Shown here: one piece after another, positions 22,546 to 36,914 of the stretch | Position numbering within the stretch: position 1 is the first letter of the stretch | Layout: every line of letters begins with the position of its first letter | Source: Phoronis australis | Lineage: Eukaryota > Animalia > Phoronida | NCBI GenBank assembly: GCA_002633005.1 | Contig: NMRA01000875.1 | Coordinates: 1 to 64,000, forward strand | Length of the DNA stretch: 64,000 nucleotides | Reading direction: 5' to 3' | The notes under the pieces: generated by a model | The model's database searches: none | Seen by the model: only the letters and a program-made list of their open reading frames with translations | What the model was told of the DNA's origin: nothing | Program-made: the position numbers and the translations under genes

Positions 22546-24869
22546 GTACCCGCCAAAATGTTATTGAACGTGCGTTGTATAACTACATGTACATGGGTTA
22601 TTTAGCTGTTGTATTGGCCATGTCAGGCTGATAACGTGGCATAAAGTTTCGATGTCATTGTTCTTCACTCATAGAACTCTATGCCTGGAGTGCGAACTCC
22701 CGTGTACGTGACCGATGTATTCTATTATTAGAGCTTACAACCCCGAAACCAGCCACGAGACTTTGCACTAATAATTTCCGGCTGCCTGCTCGACTGAGTT
22801 TTGTTCAAAAGCTGTGGTTATCAAATCAAGCCTAATTTCATGGTTACATTTTTACTTTGTTATTATGTTTCGTCAAGCTAGACTCATGAGGTACGTTCAA
22901 TGCGATCATCGATTTCTCGGCAAAATCAGTCAACAAACTCGACAAATACACTGCTCATTCTTTTTAAACACCAACCTGTGGCCCCTGGGTGGATGCCAGG
23001 AGAGTTTGGCCTCTGAAACCTTTTCAGCTCCAGTCGTAGAACAACTTGTGACACCCCAAGAATTTTTCAACAAGACATTGTGGGTGTAATAATCATGTTA
23101 CGGTATTTTACGAAATTCAGTTACATTTGGCCTAAGTGCAAAGTTTAGGCACTAGAAACAGGCGTGTTCACGTAACTTACTCACTATTACTGACCGTTAG
23201 CGTGTGTGCTTACGTGCATGTTTGTGCGTCTTATTACAGTTTTCAAATGTTTCTATAATAATTCATTGGTGCAATGTTTAACTGTTGCCCAGATGCCATA
23301 TTTTGACAATTCGATTTCTGAGAAGTAGGCCTACTGAACAATCAAGTACTTGGTGTTACTGACATCGTACAGTGTATTTTTCAATTGACCCCCTCCTGGC
23401 GGACTGTCCCCCTTTATATATTTCCGCCTTCCCGCCTCGCCATATAAATGTCGCACTTCTTAACACACGGCTCAATTGACGTACTATCATTTTCTATTGT
23501 AATTTCTCCTCGCGACATACTCATGTTTTCTCTCTCGACAAAAATGGAGAGTATCGTAGGTTTTTGCTGCACCTACAGTTTCCCATTCAACTATAAAAAA
23601 CAACAGCAAAAATCGCTATCGGACATGTTTGGTTGTATTACATTTCCCGTTCGACAAAAGTACTGTCGATACGTCTTTGTGTGTTGCAGCGAACTTTTCT
23701 CCCTAACGTTTTTGCTTAGACCCAGATGTCCGACTTTTCAGCCTGAAGTCCCGCTTTTCAATCCCATTTTAATAAACAATACATTTCAAAACTACGTGGA
23801 AGATATTTGCCCAATTTTTATCTATCAGAAGACCTATATCTGCAAGTTTCTGATAGATACTTGGAGTAGTTTATTGCATTTTTTCGAAAATCTCACTGCA
23901 TTCTAAATTTTTACTAAAGAAAGAAATTGTATCAAACGGCACTAAAGGTCCAATTAATTTTAATACATAATGATTATAATTTTGGATTAATCCCTCACTA
24001 AATTTTCAACAGCAAGTGTGGGAAGTCTATGTTCTAAAACCTTTGTCTTTATAGGGTACACTTCTTTTGAGTCGTTGAAATTATTTTGCCTCATGGCTTA
24101 ACTAGTCATTTATATAGCCTCGTTTCCTTTCTTATGTTGCTGATAAACGCTGTTATTTTTCGCATATTGGTAACACTCTTAGTTTTTTTGAATGAACAAA
24201 TATTTTGAAACCAGTCAGGTATGCGAAATGATAGTTATTTATGAATAAAGTTATTTATCTTTTGGTTCTGGCATAATCATCATGAACTGACAAAGGGTTT
24301 TCTAATAATATGGCTCTTATGCAATTTGGTTGAAAAAACGGCGGGGTTGCGAAAAGTTTTAATGACAGTAAATTCCATAGCAAGTACACACACCGGAACA
24401 AACGAAAGCAAGAAACTCACAGGCATGCGCGGCAACCTCTGGGGGCGCTTGATCGGACTTGGCATTGCGGGGCTAGAGTTCTTTGGTTCATTGTAACCCG
24501 GTTCTGACTTTCGAAAGCAAAACAGATGGAACTTATAATTGATAAAATTTACATTCAACCAGTATTTTTGCAACATAAACTCAAATTTTTCCGAAACACT
24601 CTAAGTACAAGATGGAACAACACAAATACGACTATCTTTACTTATCGGTGGTCCACAGTTCTGCGTCTATCACTGGACTGTGGATTTTCCAATTCGAATC
24701 TGGAAATTCCGGTGGCAGATGCAGAATTTAGAATCCTCAAATCCGGTTGAAAGTAATGATAGTGTCAGTTTGTTTTTGTAAAAGTGCAGGATTGACAAGA
24801 AACACAAAGTAGCCTTTCTGCCTGACTACACTCCCCGTGGTCTCCCAACGATGCCACAACACCCGATCA

Positions 24870-25455
24870 AATGGGCGGCGTAGCACTGAAAAAGTGGAGC
24901 TATAGCCCTCCACTCCCCAGCCCCCTGTGATGCACCACTCATAGACCATGGGCAGCTCAGCACTGAAAGAAGTAGGGGCTACATTCCCCCCCAGCCCCCG
25001 GTGTTGCGCCGCCCATGGGTCATAGATGTTGTGTGGCGTACTAGGTTCAGTGTGCTTGTTAGGAATCATCCTACGTTGGAGAATCGGGTCGTCAACTGAG
25101 AGCTCCCACTGATGAGCACCAAATTCTATAAGGACGGACTCTTTGCAATCAGCCTCATCGGAACGTGCACATACAAGTACTTGTAGCTATGATCGCTATG
25201 TCAACTAGTAGTGAATATTATTTATTAACAACAACGGTAGAGACATTCCCAGAAAATCTGTAGTCTGTTCGTATCAAACGTGTAGACACCACCATCAACA
25301 CTGACTTCGCATGAGCGGAGCAGCACTGAAAAAAGTGGGGGCTATAGCCCCCAGCCCCCCTCTGGTGCAACGTCCATAGACCGTGGGCTGAGCAGCACTG
25401 AACAAGTGGACGCGCTATAGCTCCCTCCCCCTGCCTCTTAGGGTGGCCGCCCATG
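24870..25455. repeat. Cluster of short CATGGGCGGCGCAGCACTGAAAAAAGTGGGG-type MITE units
   Basis: Repeated units at 24870-25020 and 25310-25455; same family as 50462-50529. Confidence 0.65.
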
Positions 25456-27087
25456 CGTCGGTATTCAGTATTACACATTCATAATTATCGAAAAACTCCT
25501 GCGAAGGTTTTGAGTAGGGCACTAGATTTCCCGCAAGACTTGCCCGCAGTGTGCATGATCGTTTGCATGATAATTGATATGATGCGAATTATGAGCCCAC
25601 TGGGGACGTAATGCATAACAAGTCTATTCGATTTCCTTTTTGCATTTTGTGATACATCCATGTCACTTACTATTATGCACTGTAATCGTATTGCCTGCGC
25701 CACAACCAACAGCCAGAAAGACTGGCGTTCGTCATAGTCAAAAGCTAAATTGTAATTAAATCTACCTGCCTGTAATAAAATAACCAAAATCAATACTTTT
25801 GGGAAGTTTGAAAGACTTTTAAACTTTTCCTCATTGAATATCTTCTTCTACAATTCCAGAATCTACTCGAGTTTAATTTCGGAAAGTGTAGTTTAGAAAA
25901 ATTACGAAATTCAGTGATATTATGACCAAACGTAGTCCTGACTTTTTCCCTCACCTTGTCTTCGAACGTCGTCTACAACCGTGTGATATCGCTTCCATAA
26001 CGAAGTATAAAATGAAAACACGAAGATAAGTATTATCACAAAGCAAAAGCGCAGTACGCGTAGCAAATGCAACTTCATGTTCATTGCCGTCAACGAAGAC
26101 GACAGTTGAAAATGAACTTAATCTTTCACGCTCGTCACCAATGTATTGATTGAGTCTTTATTAAAAATCCAATAAACGGTTCGTCACGGATGTTGCAGGG
26201 AATTTATATTAAATTTCAGTCCACAGCAAAAGGTTACTGCGGGCCAATCGTTGAAGGTGTGCCACTTTTATGGCATGCCAACCAATGAAATATGCAGCCA
26301 GGTCTCGTCTGCGCTCAGTTTATAATAAGAATCATAGCTCTATTGCGCTTTAAGCAAAGCATGACTGGTTCAAAATCCTATCCTGGCGACCACATCATAT
26401 TTAAATGCACACTATTGTCTCATGGCCGAAAAAACGCATTTATGGGTTATTGTTGGATGGGATAGGCTTTTTGAAGTTATTGACTTTGACCAGAGTTACA
26501 AAACAATCCTTTGTTGTTTTTGTGACGGTGCAAGTAGCCAATTATCGCCGTTGTCTGACAGACACTTGCTGAAATCAAGGCAGATGTCTTTTTTATTCAA
26601 ATATGCTTAAAATACCGTACTAAGTGTAGGATTTGGCTCCGCTTTTGATGCTCGAATTCCTGACGTTGTGGACAATTAGATTACAGAAAAGCGGGCGGAC
26701 TAAATAAAAAACCGGGGGCACCACTGAGAATTGCGCGTTTGTACTTGTTTAGTTCGAGACGGTCGAGTCCCCCCACTGAGTGCTAGTGAGTTCAATTCCG
26801 CCAAGTGCTATTTTCTGTAAAATTACGTTTCCCGCAGGGAATGTCTTTTGAAGTTAGAACGAAAACGAACTCGATAGACGTGGGTAACAATTAGGGTGAT
26901 GCCTTTTTGAAGGACTCTCATTATGAGGTATATGTTGAACATTTTTTTCAATACTTTTCGTTTTCATAGCATTTAGTGTTCGGGCTAGTACAGTGACTCA
27001 AAGATGACATCGCACGTTACTTTTTTAATTATTTCGGGATCCCGAGATTCCGAGATAGTTTTCCTCAGTGTGTCGCTGAACGTAAAC

Positions 27088-27425
27088 AGTCTTCTGGCGC
27101 GTAGCATTCCCACACCATCAGGATCCAAAGAATGATTCGCATTGTTTTTCGTTTCACCACCAAGCCATTGACACATTTGTGGTGCATGAATCTATAACCA
27201 TTAATGCTGTCCTGGCATCAACATTTGTCGGTCTATTAAACCAATCACATCATCAATGTCTGAATAATTTTTACTACGACGTGCAAGCCCCAGTCTTGAG
27301 AACAAACGCCGAAGGTGTCTAACGGTAATACTAATAACAAACCGATACCTGAGCATGTCTACAACTTGCTTTTTGCGAGAACCCTAAATTAAAAAGATCT
27401 TTAACAGCTTCATATCTATCCAAAT
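27088..27425 (-). pseudogene. Decayed N-terminal fragment of an integrase-like DNA-transposon transposase (IS3EU-like / Clr5-HTH family)
   Basis: Frameshifted reading FNLGFSQK..ITVRHLRRLFSRLGLARRSKNYSD..GYRFMHHKC..LDPDGVGMLRARRL matches this family's GYR / LDPxGV..RRL pattern. Confidence 0.6.
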
Positions 27426-28689
27426 TGGAGAATTATTGGTAACAGAAATGAAGCCTATCATGTGAGCCTGATGTTATAACAGTAAGAGACCTAACTCTGT
27501 TTTTGTTTTCAGCCAACAACACTTGTACTACTGCAGATTTAAGCACTCGAGCGTCCGCCACCGATTCTTGCCTCTGTACCGCCCGGTCACTGCTCTCAGT
27601 ACACTGGACACAAACTGAACCACAACAGGCAAAAACTGAGCTACAATACCACGCTTTTAGTCAGCTTCGCATGGGCTTGCTGCAAATTATTTATCATCAC
27701 TACATGTACATGTACGTCAAAATCAACACATTTCTTGTGGTCCTGGCAGTTGCAAAAAGCAAATCAACATACTTGGGTTACTGACGATACTTTTACTGTG
27801 TACATGTATGCAGAACCGTCAATGTACACATGTACCCTCAAGGTTCATGACTTTGATTCAGATACTTGTATATCACATGATGTATACTAAAAACAATGTT
27901 TGTTATTAATATTCACAGATGTTTTATTGGAACCATTGATATTTGTTAAAGCCTTTTCCGAGCTGCTCTTCCTGTCTCGTCTTAGAGTGACGTCTAAGAA
28001 TTCAAATTAAGCCCGTGAAATTGAAGGTTGTCATTAAAACGATGCTCATCGGGACCTGACATATAGCCTGCAATTTAACGAAGCCGTCAAACGTGTCAGA
28101 TTTTAATTTTCTGAAACCGAACCTACCTTATGGGCATTGGTTTCAAACCCTTTCATTAACTACCAACCATTTTGGTTTATTTCCCCTGTTATTATATGAG
28201 TTTCTTACTAACCTTTTGTTTAAATACTGAATTGTCGATGGTTCGACAGAAAATGCGCACCTAATTCCAGCACCTAAGTCTGTAGGAGTAATACGAATTG
28301 AAATATTGCCCTTTTGCAAGAACTTAAAAATTACCATGAAAATAAATTGTACAATTTAAGCAACTGGATGCAGTGCAATGCTCTGCCTGAGGATATCAAA
28401 CTTTAGAGGTAACGTAAGAGTGGTGTTAATATCCAGGGTAATATCATTTCCGCATACATATAAATGTAACGCTTGTTCCTGGAATTGTTTACTAAATAGG
28501 AATTGAACGGATTTTAGTTACAGGTATACTGCCTTTCAAACATTTGTAACACGTTTTCAATTATTATTCATAAAAGCATAAAATAAGCTGGTCGTGTAAA
28601 TATATTTAAAACACAACGACAGTGTAAAATTACAAATGGACTTGTAGAAACTGGCAATCACGTGTTTTTGGAATGTCACCATGTTTTTT

Positions 28690-30450
28690 CAGGTATTTAT
28701 TGTCATTGATAAACAAATACAAAACAAACAAACATATAAGTACATCCATTCATTCACGCATGAACACCTCAAGAGAGACCATTTTCGTATCCCGTATGAA
28801 GTAAACAACTGTTACATGGAGTTAAGGTGAACAATTAAATTTTCCCATTTCGCAGAGCAGCTGTCATACACAAAGTTTTTATATGCAATTGACTTTTCAG
28901 CGTTATAGTACTCATAAGTTCATGTAACAAACTTGTGAAAATTTGGTATACTATTGTGACATCTCTCCTTGTATATATACTGTTTGGCTATCAAAAGCAA
29001 AATGTTGATCATGAATCTCATAAAGTCCAAGAATGAGACGTTCGAAAGAGAGACAGGTGGGAAACTGAATGAGACAATTTTGAAGTAGTTTTCTGAATTC
29101 CTTCCAAAAATCTTGTACTGGGCGACATTCCCCACAAAAGGTATGACAGCGTCTCTGGAGCTTCATTGCAAAAGGAACATGAATTAGAATCCCGAAAATG
29201 GATTTCGACTAAAAAGTATTTGTTGCAATAATCCTATGTACTATTCTAAATTGGAACTATCTAATGTTGGGATCCTTAAGTAATTTCATAAGGCAATGCG
29301 AATATTTTCTTAAAATTTAAACTCTCTCTTAACTCTATTTCCAATTTGCACTGTTACTTAGAAGGTTTGTTAACGTCGTTAAAGATTGAAGAAATATATC
29401 TGCAACCCTTCAAATCGTTCCAACCATGATGTTCCATTTTGGAAAGTAATGCAGACATGGCTTTCAAACAAAGTAGGCAATAACTGTCTACTAGTCGAGA
29501 AAAAATGTCATGCTATTTGTAATGTTTGGTGATCATTGTTATGGACTTAATCCCATCTTATCCAGTAAAACTTTATATATACTTGTTTCGCAACCACCTG
29601 CAGTCCAGTATTTAGGAATTAGAGAAAATGTAATTGATGTCAAGATATCATATCTTCCATAATGGAAACACGCGACAGTAAAAGAGTACCTACGGACATA
29701 GCTATCTGACACCATTATAGATTCACTGTAAAATTGAGTTGAGCAGAGCTGAGAAATGGGAATGTCATAGTGGGGTTTTTGTTCCTCATCTGCGTTGTTA
29801 AGCTCTACTAAAATTTGTAGAAACAAATTATTAAAACAAAAATACCTGAAGAGCTTTTTCCAATGCAGGTTTATATTCCATTGGAAAGCAATACTTCATC
29901 TTAAAATTTTAAGGTCAGTGTATATAATTTGTTTTCTTCTCATTTCTTTATATCATCTGCAACATAGTTATTTAAAGCGTGAATGTATCGTCAGTGTTGA
30001 TAAAACAATTCTCATTTAACAACTGTGTCACGATAATAGAAGGCATACTTTTAGTGGGAATTGATACTTCATCAAAGTTACGCTATGTGCAAGTAATAAT
30101 GTGTGTAGACGCATAGCCTCATTTCGGAATATATGCTATGTTTAGCAGCTGTAACTAAAATTTGCTAATTGTAATATCTTGTTTAGCGATGACTACTTGA
30201 ATCGACGAGTAATAGTTGTGAACATAAAACAGACCAGATATCTTTAGATGCGCAGGTGCTCGAAATGCAATATTTCTTTAAAGGAACTCTTTCCGATTTA
30301 GTTCAGTCGAAACTTAACCCCAAATAATGTTCATTTAACACATCTCTAAATATTTTCAAACTTGATATGTTTTATTAGTTTATTTTTTAGATTTGGTGGT
30401 GTACTGCCACCTAAAATTGCCACAGTAGTGTGTGAAAGCTGACTCATGCA
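28690..30450 (-). mobile_element. Decayed 3' portion of an L1/Tx1 LINE
   Basis: Zinc-knuckle remnant CSFCNEAPETLSYL..ECRPVQDFWK at ~29100-29190 and AATAAA near 28695. Boundaries are approximate. Confidence 0.5.
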
Positions 30451-31849
30451 TTATGGGTAAGCACTCAACTGCCGCCACATGTAACGAGATTCCGCGGAAA
30501 CACCGCCATTTTTAAAAAATAAAAAGTTAATAGCAAAGTAAGTCAAACACAGTGAACGTGATCTCTTTCGAATGACGGAATTCATCTTGTGTTCTAAATT
30601 GGTGAATTTGAAGGAAAGATTATCTTTAAAACAAACCATCCGTGCCTTTGCATTGTTAAACACAGTACAAGTCCAAAGTACTCAGACAAAATGACCCGCA
30701 ATTCCCGTCACTACGACAGGGCGGAAACAGAACTCATCGTCAGAGTAGTCTAATCTCTGATCATCGAGAATGAAAGCAAATTGAAAGGAAAGTTAGAAAG
30801 TGGACGCAGTAAGTGCTCATTGGCAGACTATCACACATTGCGTTACCGAGTGCGTGCTTGTCAACTGTCCCGCTCCTTGGAAGACTTTCACACTTTGTGT
30901 TACCGAGAGCGTGCTGGCCAACTGTCCCGCTCGCTCCTTAGCAGACTGTCGAACTTTTTGAAATATTTTCCCTCCATAGTGCTACACCATGCGATATTTT
31001 ATCAAATATTATCGTGATTTCCGACGCCAAAGAGCAATATTTTCCCTTTCGACTGAAACAAGAAAAACGTAGATTTCGTAGGTTCATTGGGTACCCAGAA
31101 TTCCCCGCTCGATTAAAAAACAAAAACGTCGTCGGAAGCTTTTGAGTGTACGGTACTCGTTCTGCGAAATACGGTGCGGAGAGGTTTTTGTGTTTTTGCG
31201 GCGAATATTTCACTTAAGTAACGTTTTGGAATAGACCCAGATGCAACTCTTTTAATCCAGATGTCCCGCTTTTCAATCCAATCGCCCGTTTATTTGACAA
31301 CTGTGCAACAGGTGTTCCAAGTGATATTGTCTCTTTGTTATGAATAATGATATTTTCCGGAGTCCGCTTGCTTATGTAACATAATAACCGTGAAAATGTG
31401 TCCCGATGTCTCTGGTTTACGTTGAGTCACACTCACGTATCAATATCAAAAATTTTCTCTTTGTGAAGAAACGAGTTTATTTCGAAATTTCTTGTAAGGA
31501 TCTACACTGCAACCAACAAAATAATCATTTATTAATTCGATCATTTATCTATTTCGTCTGGTGTAATTATACAGCAAAATTTTCTCAGTGTGGACTTTTA
31601 ATGGGATGATTTATGCAATTCAGTTAAAAAACGGCGGAGTTGCGAAAAGATTTAGTGGCCATAATGAATGTGGTTGTATGTCATTTGAAAATGATAGGTA
31701 TCCTTCGATTTATTTCAGACCACAAGTTTTCTTCATCTGGTGCCACTTTCCTATTGTTGTCATTAATTCCATCATCATTTTCTGTATGTAAAACTTTCAT
31801 TTGCGTGATGTTAAACTGAGGGCCGAGTAAAATACCCGCCATTCATTTG

Positions 31850-32560
31850 ACAGTGGTGCTGATCTCTTCCGCACAGCAAAATTTATAGTTCAGGCCATTC
31901 GTCTCAGCTTGATGAAGCGATTCTCCAACTTGTCTTAATAAATGAAATACTTTTATTATATCAGCCACATTGAAAGCAGCTATTTTTCTGAAAACTAATC
32001 ATTACGGGATTTCTAACAACGGGTTTTATTGTTGTCAAAGCTACCTTGAACATATAAAGCAGTTTGTATTGATACTGCCACTTTTGCCATACCTTGCATT
32101 TCTACAGGTGTACCACAGGGAACTATGTTATTAGCTCTCACATTTTTAATCTATGTAACTGGCATCACATTCTCCGGCAAGACGCAGTCTATTAAGTACG
32201 CAAACGACACATACCTGATACTTCCTTTCCATATTAAATAAAAATCACAGCTTCAGCGATCAAGCCATCGCAATAAATAATATTCTACAAAATACTTTTG
32301 ATTGGCTAAATACCAATAAATTATAGCTCAACACAAGTAAAACTTAATCTGTCCTATTTCGATTTCCTCAGAAAAAATCAGCAACGCTGATATCCCTCTA
32401 ATCAAAATTAATAATGAGCTTATTAAAAGAGTTGACAATTTTATCATACATGTATGATTTAAAAAATAAAGTTTGCTTCTCATATTTTATCTTTGAGTTT
32501 GAACAAATTAAATTGTATCTTCAGAATGATTTAGAGGCATATAATCTATAATCAATTGTA
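31850..32560 (+). mobile_element. Decayed CR1/L2-type RT fragment
   Basis: STGVPQGTMLLALTFLIYV, KYANDT and WLNTNKL*LNTSKT remnants. Confidence 0.65.
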
Positions 32561-32612
32561 AATTCTACGTTTACCGGAAGAGTCCTTCGTCGAAGGATGT
32601 GGATTAACCTTT

Positions 32613-35600
32613 TAGTCGGTGGGCCAGATTTTGTAGGGCCTCTAGAAAATGGTTTTTGCGAGTACTTGAGGGAGGCAATTTTATTTTGGTGTTTTTTAGT
32701 TCATTTATTAGAGTGTTTTCAAAATCTAAAAAGTTCCCACATATAAAGTTGCATATTTTTGAGAAAATTGAGTTTAAAGTTACCTAATAATCACCAAAGA
32801 GCTTAGTAAACTTATATTTGTAAAAACAACAGTTTTGGTGACTTTTTTGTAAAACAAGTAATGTGGTCCCATCAGTGCCATTGTATTGAACAATATTACA
32901 CTCACATTACATGTTTTACTATTGTAAATTAATTGTAAACAGTGAAATTTAAAAAACGTAAAGACACCTAGTGGCAAAAATGCAAACTAAGTCTGAATGT
33001 TACAACGAACTTATTCTGGCATTGTCAGGCAACAAAAATAACACAAAACACTTGAGACTGGGAATAATTTGTGCCTCAATGACTAAAACATTGACTAATG
33101 GTGTAAAATACAGCTTGTTTGCATGATACACCAGAAATACGTTATACTACAAAAACAATATAGTTGAATGATCTCTGTGAATGTTCACAAAGACTGTATG
33201 AAAATAATAGATTATTCTGACAGCTTTTATGAAGCAGTATGAGACAAATACATGACAATGATCAAAGAATGTACTTTCTATGACTTAATCAACAAATAAA
33301 TTAACTTTTTAAAGAGTTCCCACCATGACCCTGTGTCTCAAAAAGGAATTTTATTATTACATCTTAACAGATTTAATAGCCTTTAATACACCTGTTGCTA
33401 CGAAACAATCTAAAAATTTTAAAAATATATTTTTCTGTTATCGAGTTTGTACGCAATGGGTGGAAGACCGCCTCAGTCGTTGTTGTTTTACTAGTGCGAT
33501 ACTGAGGAGTTGTGAAGAAAGTCCGCGTGGAGCCGTCTTTTTCAGACATGAAAAGGTGCGTTTGTGGAAACTGTGGTAACAACAACTTGACTGTGAACGT
33601 CTTAGTGTTCAAATTTCCTAAATACGTGAAAGTTGCAAAAAAATGGCATCGGTTTGTCATGGGCGGCGCACAAGAGTGTGGAGTGTCAGTGTGGAACATG
33701 CGATTCAGTTTGGCGTAAGCCACACTTTGATCGGCATATTTCAAAGAATCGAGTTTCGACCACACACATAAGCGGCGCTACAATGAAGGACTCACCACCA
33801 AGTAAGTGCATTTGCAAATTTTGTAAATAACGAACAAACTGTTTCCATTCTAGGGCGAGTGAAGCCAGGCCCTGGACCCCGACCCAGATCGAGTGCTACT
33901 ACAAGTAGGCTTATGCATATTGTGTTTAGACTGCGCTCATTTCATCACGGCAATAGTGAATACGAGTAACCCAGGTTGGATGTGGCCTTTGTCAGTAATT
34001 GTTAAGTGTCTATTTTGTGAGTAGTCACCACCACTTGGTAGAGTTGGTTGTGGCTCACATATGTCATTTCTCGTGCAAGTGGGTCGAGTTCATACGGCCT
34101 GAAACCCGACGAAAGTTCGCTAAATGGGAAATCGAATTCATTGTCTGCAGTGATTCTTCAAGTACTTGAGTATAAGTGCCCGTTTCCACTCTCCTCTCTG
34201 TCTGCATAATAATTGTACAATTCTCGCCTAATATTGTCGTTGTCTTCTGACCTGCAGTGTTCCGACATTGCAAATGATTGTCAAGCGGCCAACCGTCTTC
34301 CACCCATTGCATCATTTGGCGGGAAACTTAGAAATAAGTAATTTTTCTTCAAAATTAAAAAAGTTGCCACTATTTGGCATAAAAAGTGCCTATTTAGCAA
34401 GATTTTATGTTATTCGATTCATATTAGCTAACTGAAACCCGAAAAAGTAAGAAAATGCGTGGTGGGAACTCTTTAATACAACAAAGGAAATAACGGGGTT
34501 GGAGGTCTATTTAGGGTTGACTTGTGAAAGAACTATTCAATGTTATGCAGTCAGTGTTGCTGATGTTACTACAGTTGTCACAGCTGCACATTTCTGTACA
34601 GTTTGACCCAGCATTGCAGCACAAACTCAGCTTCCCAGCACACATGTTCTTTTTGCACTTGCAGCGTTCATGGTTTAGTACTGTCAATGGAGATGCGGTC
34701 ATTGCCATACATATTAACTGCAAAGCTCCACAGCCATGGAGCCAACTATGGTCGATTAGAGAGGGTACAGCACTGCACACTGGTGATTAGCCCGCAGGCA
34801 ATGAAGGGTCAAACACTAAGTCTTTGTTTGGAGGCGGGCACTTTTGGGCAAACGTTTGATTCAAAATATGTTATAATGGGCTGTGTTAATTAGAGTCAGC
34901 AAGTGAATTATTGAACACTAGCCTCAATTCACTTTCGTATCTCTTAGTTGGGCACAAACTACAACAGTGAGTAGCTTCAATAATATTTCTTAAGATTTCC
35001 TGTCCAAATAGCACACCAGCTTTCTGAAGAACAGCTTCAAAGTCTTGCTTTAGTTTTGAAAAGCAAATGACATCTCCTTGTGTTAGAAGCTTCGATTCAA
35101 TGAACTCCAAATAAAATTGTAGAAAAACATCTCTGAAAACTGTGAATTCGTCACTCTTCACAATCGTTGTCTTTCTATTTTTTATAGCATGATGATCTGT
35201 GGTAGGCCCCCTACTTGGCTTCTAAGACACAAGGTCTTTATCTTTGAATTTCATTTGCATATTCAGGGCTCTGGACCGAGCTGTTGCTTGCGATACAAGT
35301 CCAACTGAAAAAAACCCGAACTGTTAACACTAATTTAACCTTCAACTATGAGTGAGTTGGCATGCAACTTTTTCAGGCGGACTTATCAGGAACTGATCCG
35401 CCACCAGTCTAACAAATTTACATGCCGTCTGATCTGTAGCCTAATAATGTTGATCGTCTAATAATTAGATCAGTTGATGCAACTGAAAATAAATCAGCTG
35501 ATACATGTGCAGTGATTGAAATTTAATTTTTTTAAATCAGATGCTCAAACCATACTTAATCGATTTACACTTAAGGTAATCGACGTTTGACGAAATGGTC

Positions 35601-36914
35601 AGTGGCTTCCATCGTCCTCAAATTTCGACGGCGACGATGGCCACTTAGGTACTTTAATTTAATTATCATTGCAGCTACCTAAGTAATTAATGTTTACAAA
35701 AAATTGAGACTACGGCAGGGGATGACGGCCACTTGGGCATGTTGTTTGCAACCATCTACTCCATTTAACTTTCTCAAAATTTTTTGACTTAAAGTGCTTT
35801 AAAATCACACCCACAGTATAACGCCATAGGATTATCCCTTAGAGCAAGTAGTGTCGATGTGGCAACTGAATGGAGTGTTCGAAAAACAGGATTGCAGGAG
35901 TATTTGTTTAAACTGGCAAATGAAAACATTAACGACCTCCTCAGTGGCATCTCTCTACGCGGTAATTCTAAACTTATAGGAACATAATTTGCTGAAAAGT
36001 ATCCGGCATATGAAGTATCTATGGTATGATCATCGTCTCTACTGGGTCAGCAGTATTGTCTAAGGCCTAGGCAGCCAAGGGACTGAACAAGTTAAAAAAC
36101 AACTAGTGCTAAAACACACATGGAAAACACCAAGATGTATTTTAAAAAAACACGTACCTGTTTTTGAAAACTATATTTCTTTCTCTTTCTTGGAATGTGG
36201 CCCATAATGTACTTTCCCTGCTAACAAATGATGCACTCATGTTTCAGAATGTTCCTATCTTGTTCAGGTTAATTGGGTGTTTCAGATTTTGGAAGTATAA
36301 TTGATTTTCTTGGGAAATCTTGGATAACATCTGTACCACTTTCAGCAACTTCAGCTTTAGTACTACTGTTGGTGCCTTGAAACGTTGCCATGCCGTTCTA
36401 TGTCCTTTCAATTTTTCGGTCTGACACTTGGTCTTCTAGTCTACAGCACTCAGCAGTACACCATGTAGGCTACCAGGACATGCAGCTGTTTTCTGCACAA
36501 ACGCTTGTGACACCTCTTCTTCTTTTTGATCTTCTGATCTACAGAGTTCCACAGTCAATCAGCTTTCGCCAGGAAGCTTTCCTAAGCTTCTTTAGTCTCT
36601 GACATCACAATTTTGTGCTGTTTGATAAACCTTGAATTATACATGGATCACACTCCATGGGAGCAGCCATATTGAAGTAACAAAGCACAACAATACAATC
36701 TGGCTCTCTGATTGGTCAATTCAATAGAAAAGCGCCATCAAGTGGCAGGAATGTGCATCATACTTTGTGCAAAAAACACCTTTTTAAAAAAATGTGTAGA
36801 CGTGGGAACTTTTTGGAATTTGATTTATAGGTATATTATCTAGCCACATAAAAAACTATTGCCCCAACCAAGTACTCACAAGGATGAACGCTATGAGATC
36901 TGGCCCACCGACTA
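32613..36914 (-). mobile_element. Academ-like DNA transposon (internally decayed)
   Basis: TIRs TAGTCGGTGGGCCAGAT / ATCTGGCCCACCGACTA with 3-bp TSD TTT. Cys8 C-terminal remnant RCKCKKNMC..CC..CTEMCSCDNCSN at ~34560-34740 on the minus strand. Confidence 0.75.
33313..34472. mobile_element. Non-autonomous Kolobok-like element nested in the Academ element
   Basis: TIR AGAGTTCCCACCA with TTAA on both sides. THAP remnant MKRCVCGNC..FKFP..W on plus (33548-33660). Convergent PYELDP-type ORF2 start on minus. Confidence 0.8.

Noticed and set aside
23448-23906. 152-aa ORF
   Set aside because: No motif, and it overlaps a dispersed repeat (cccagatgtcc...ttttcaatcc also at ~19750 and ~31240), so it is probably spurious.
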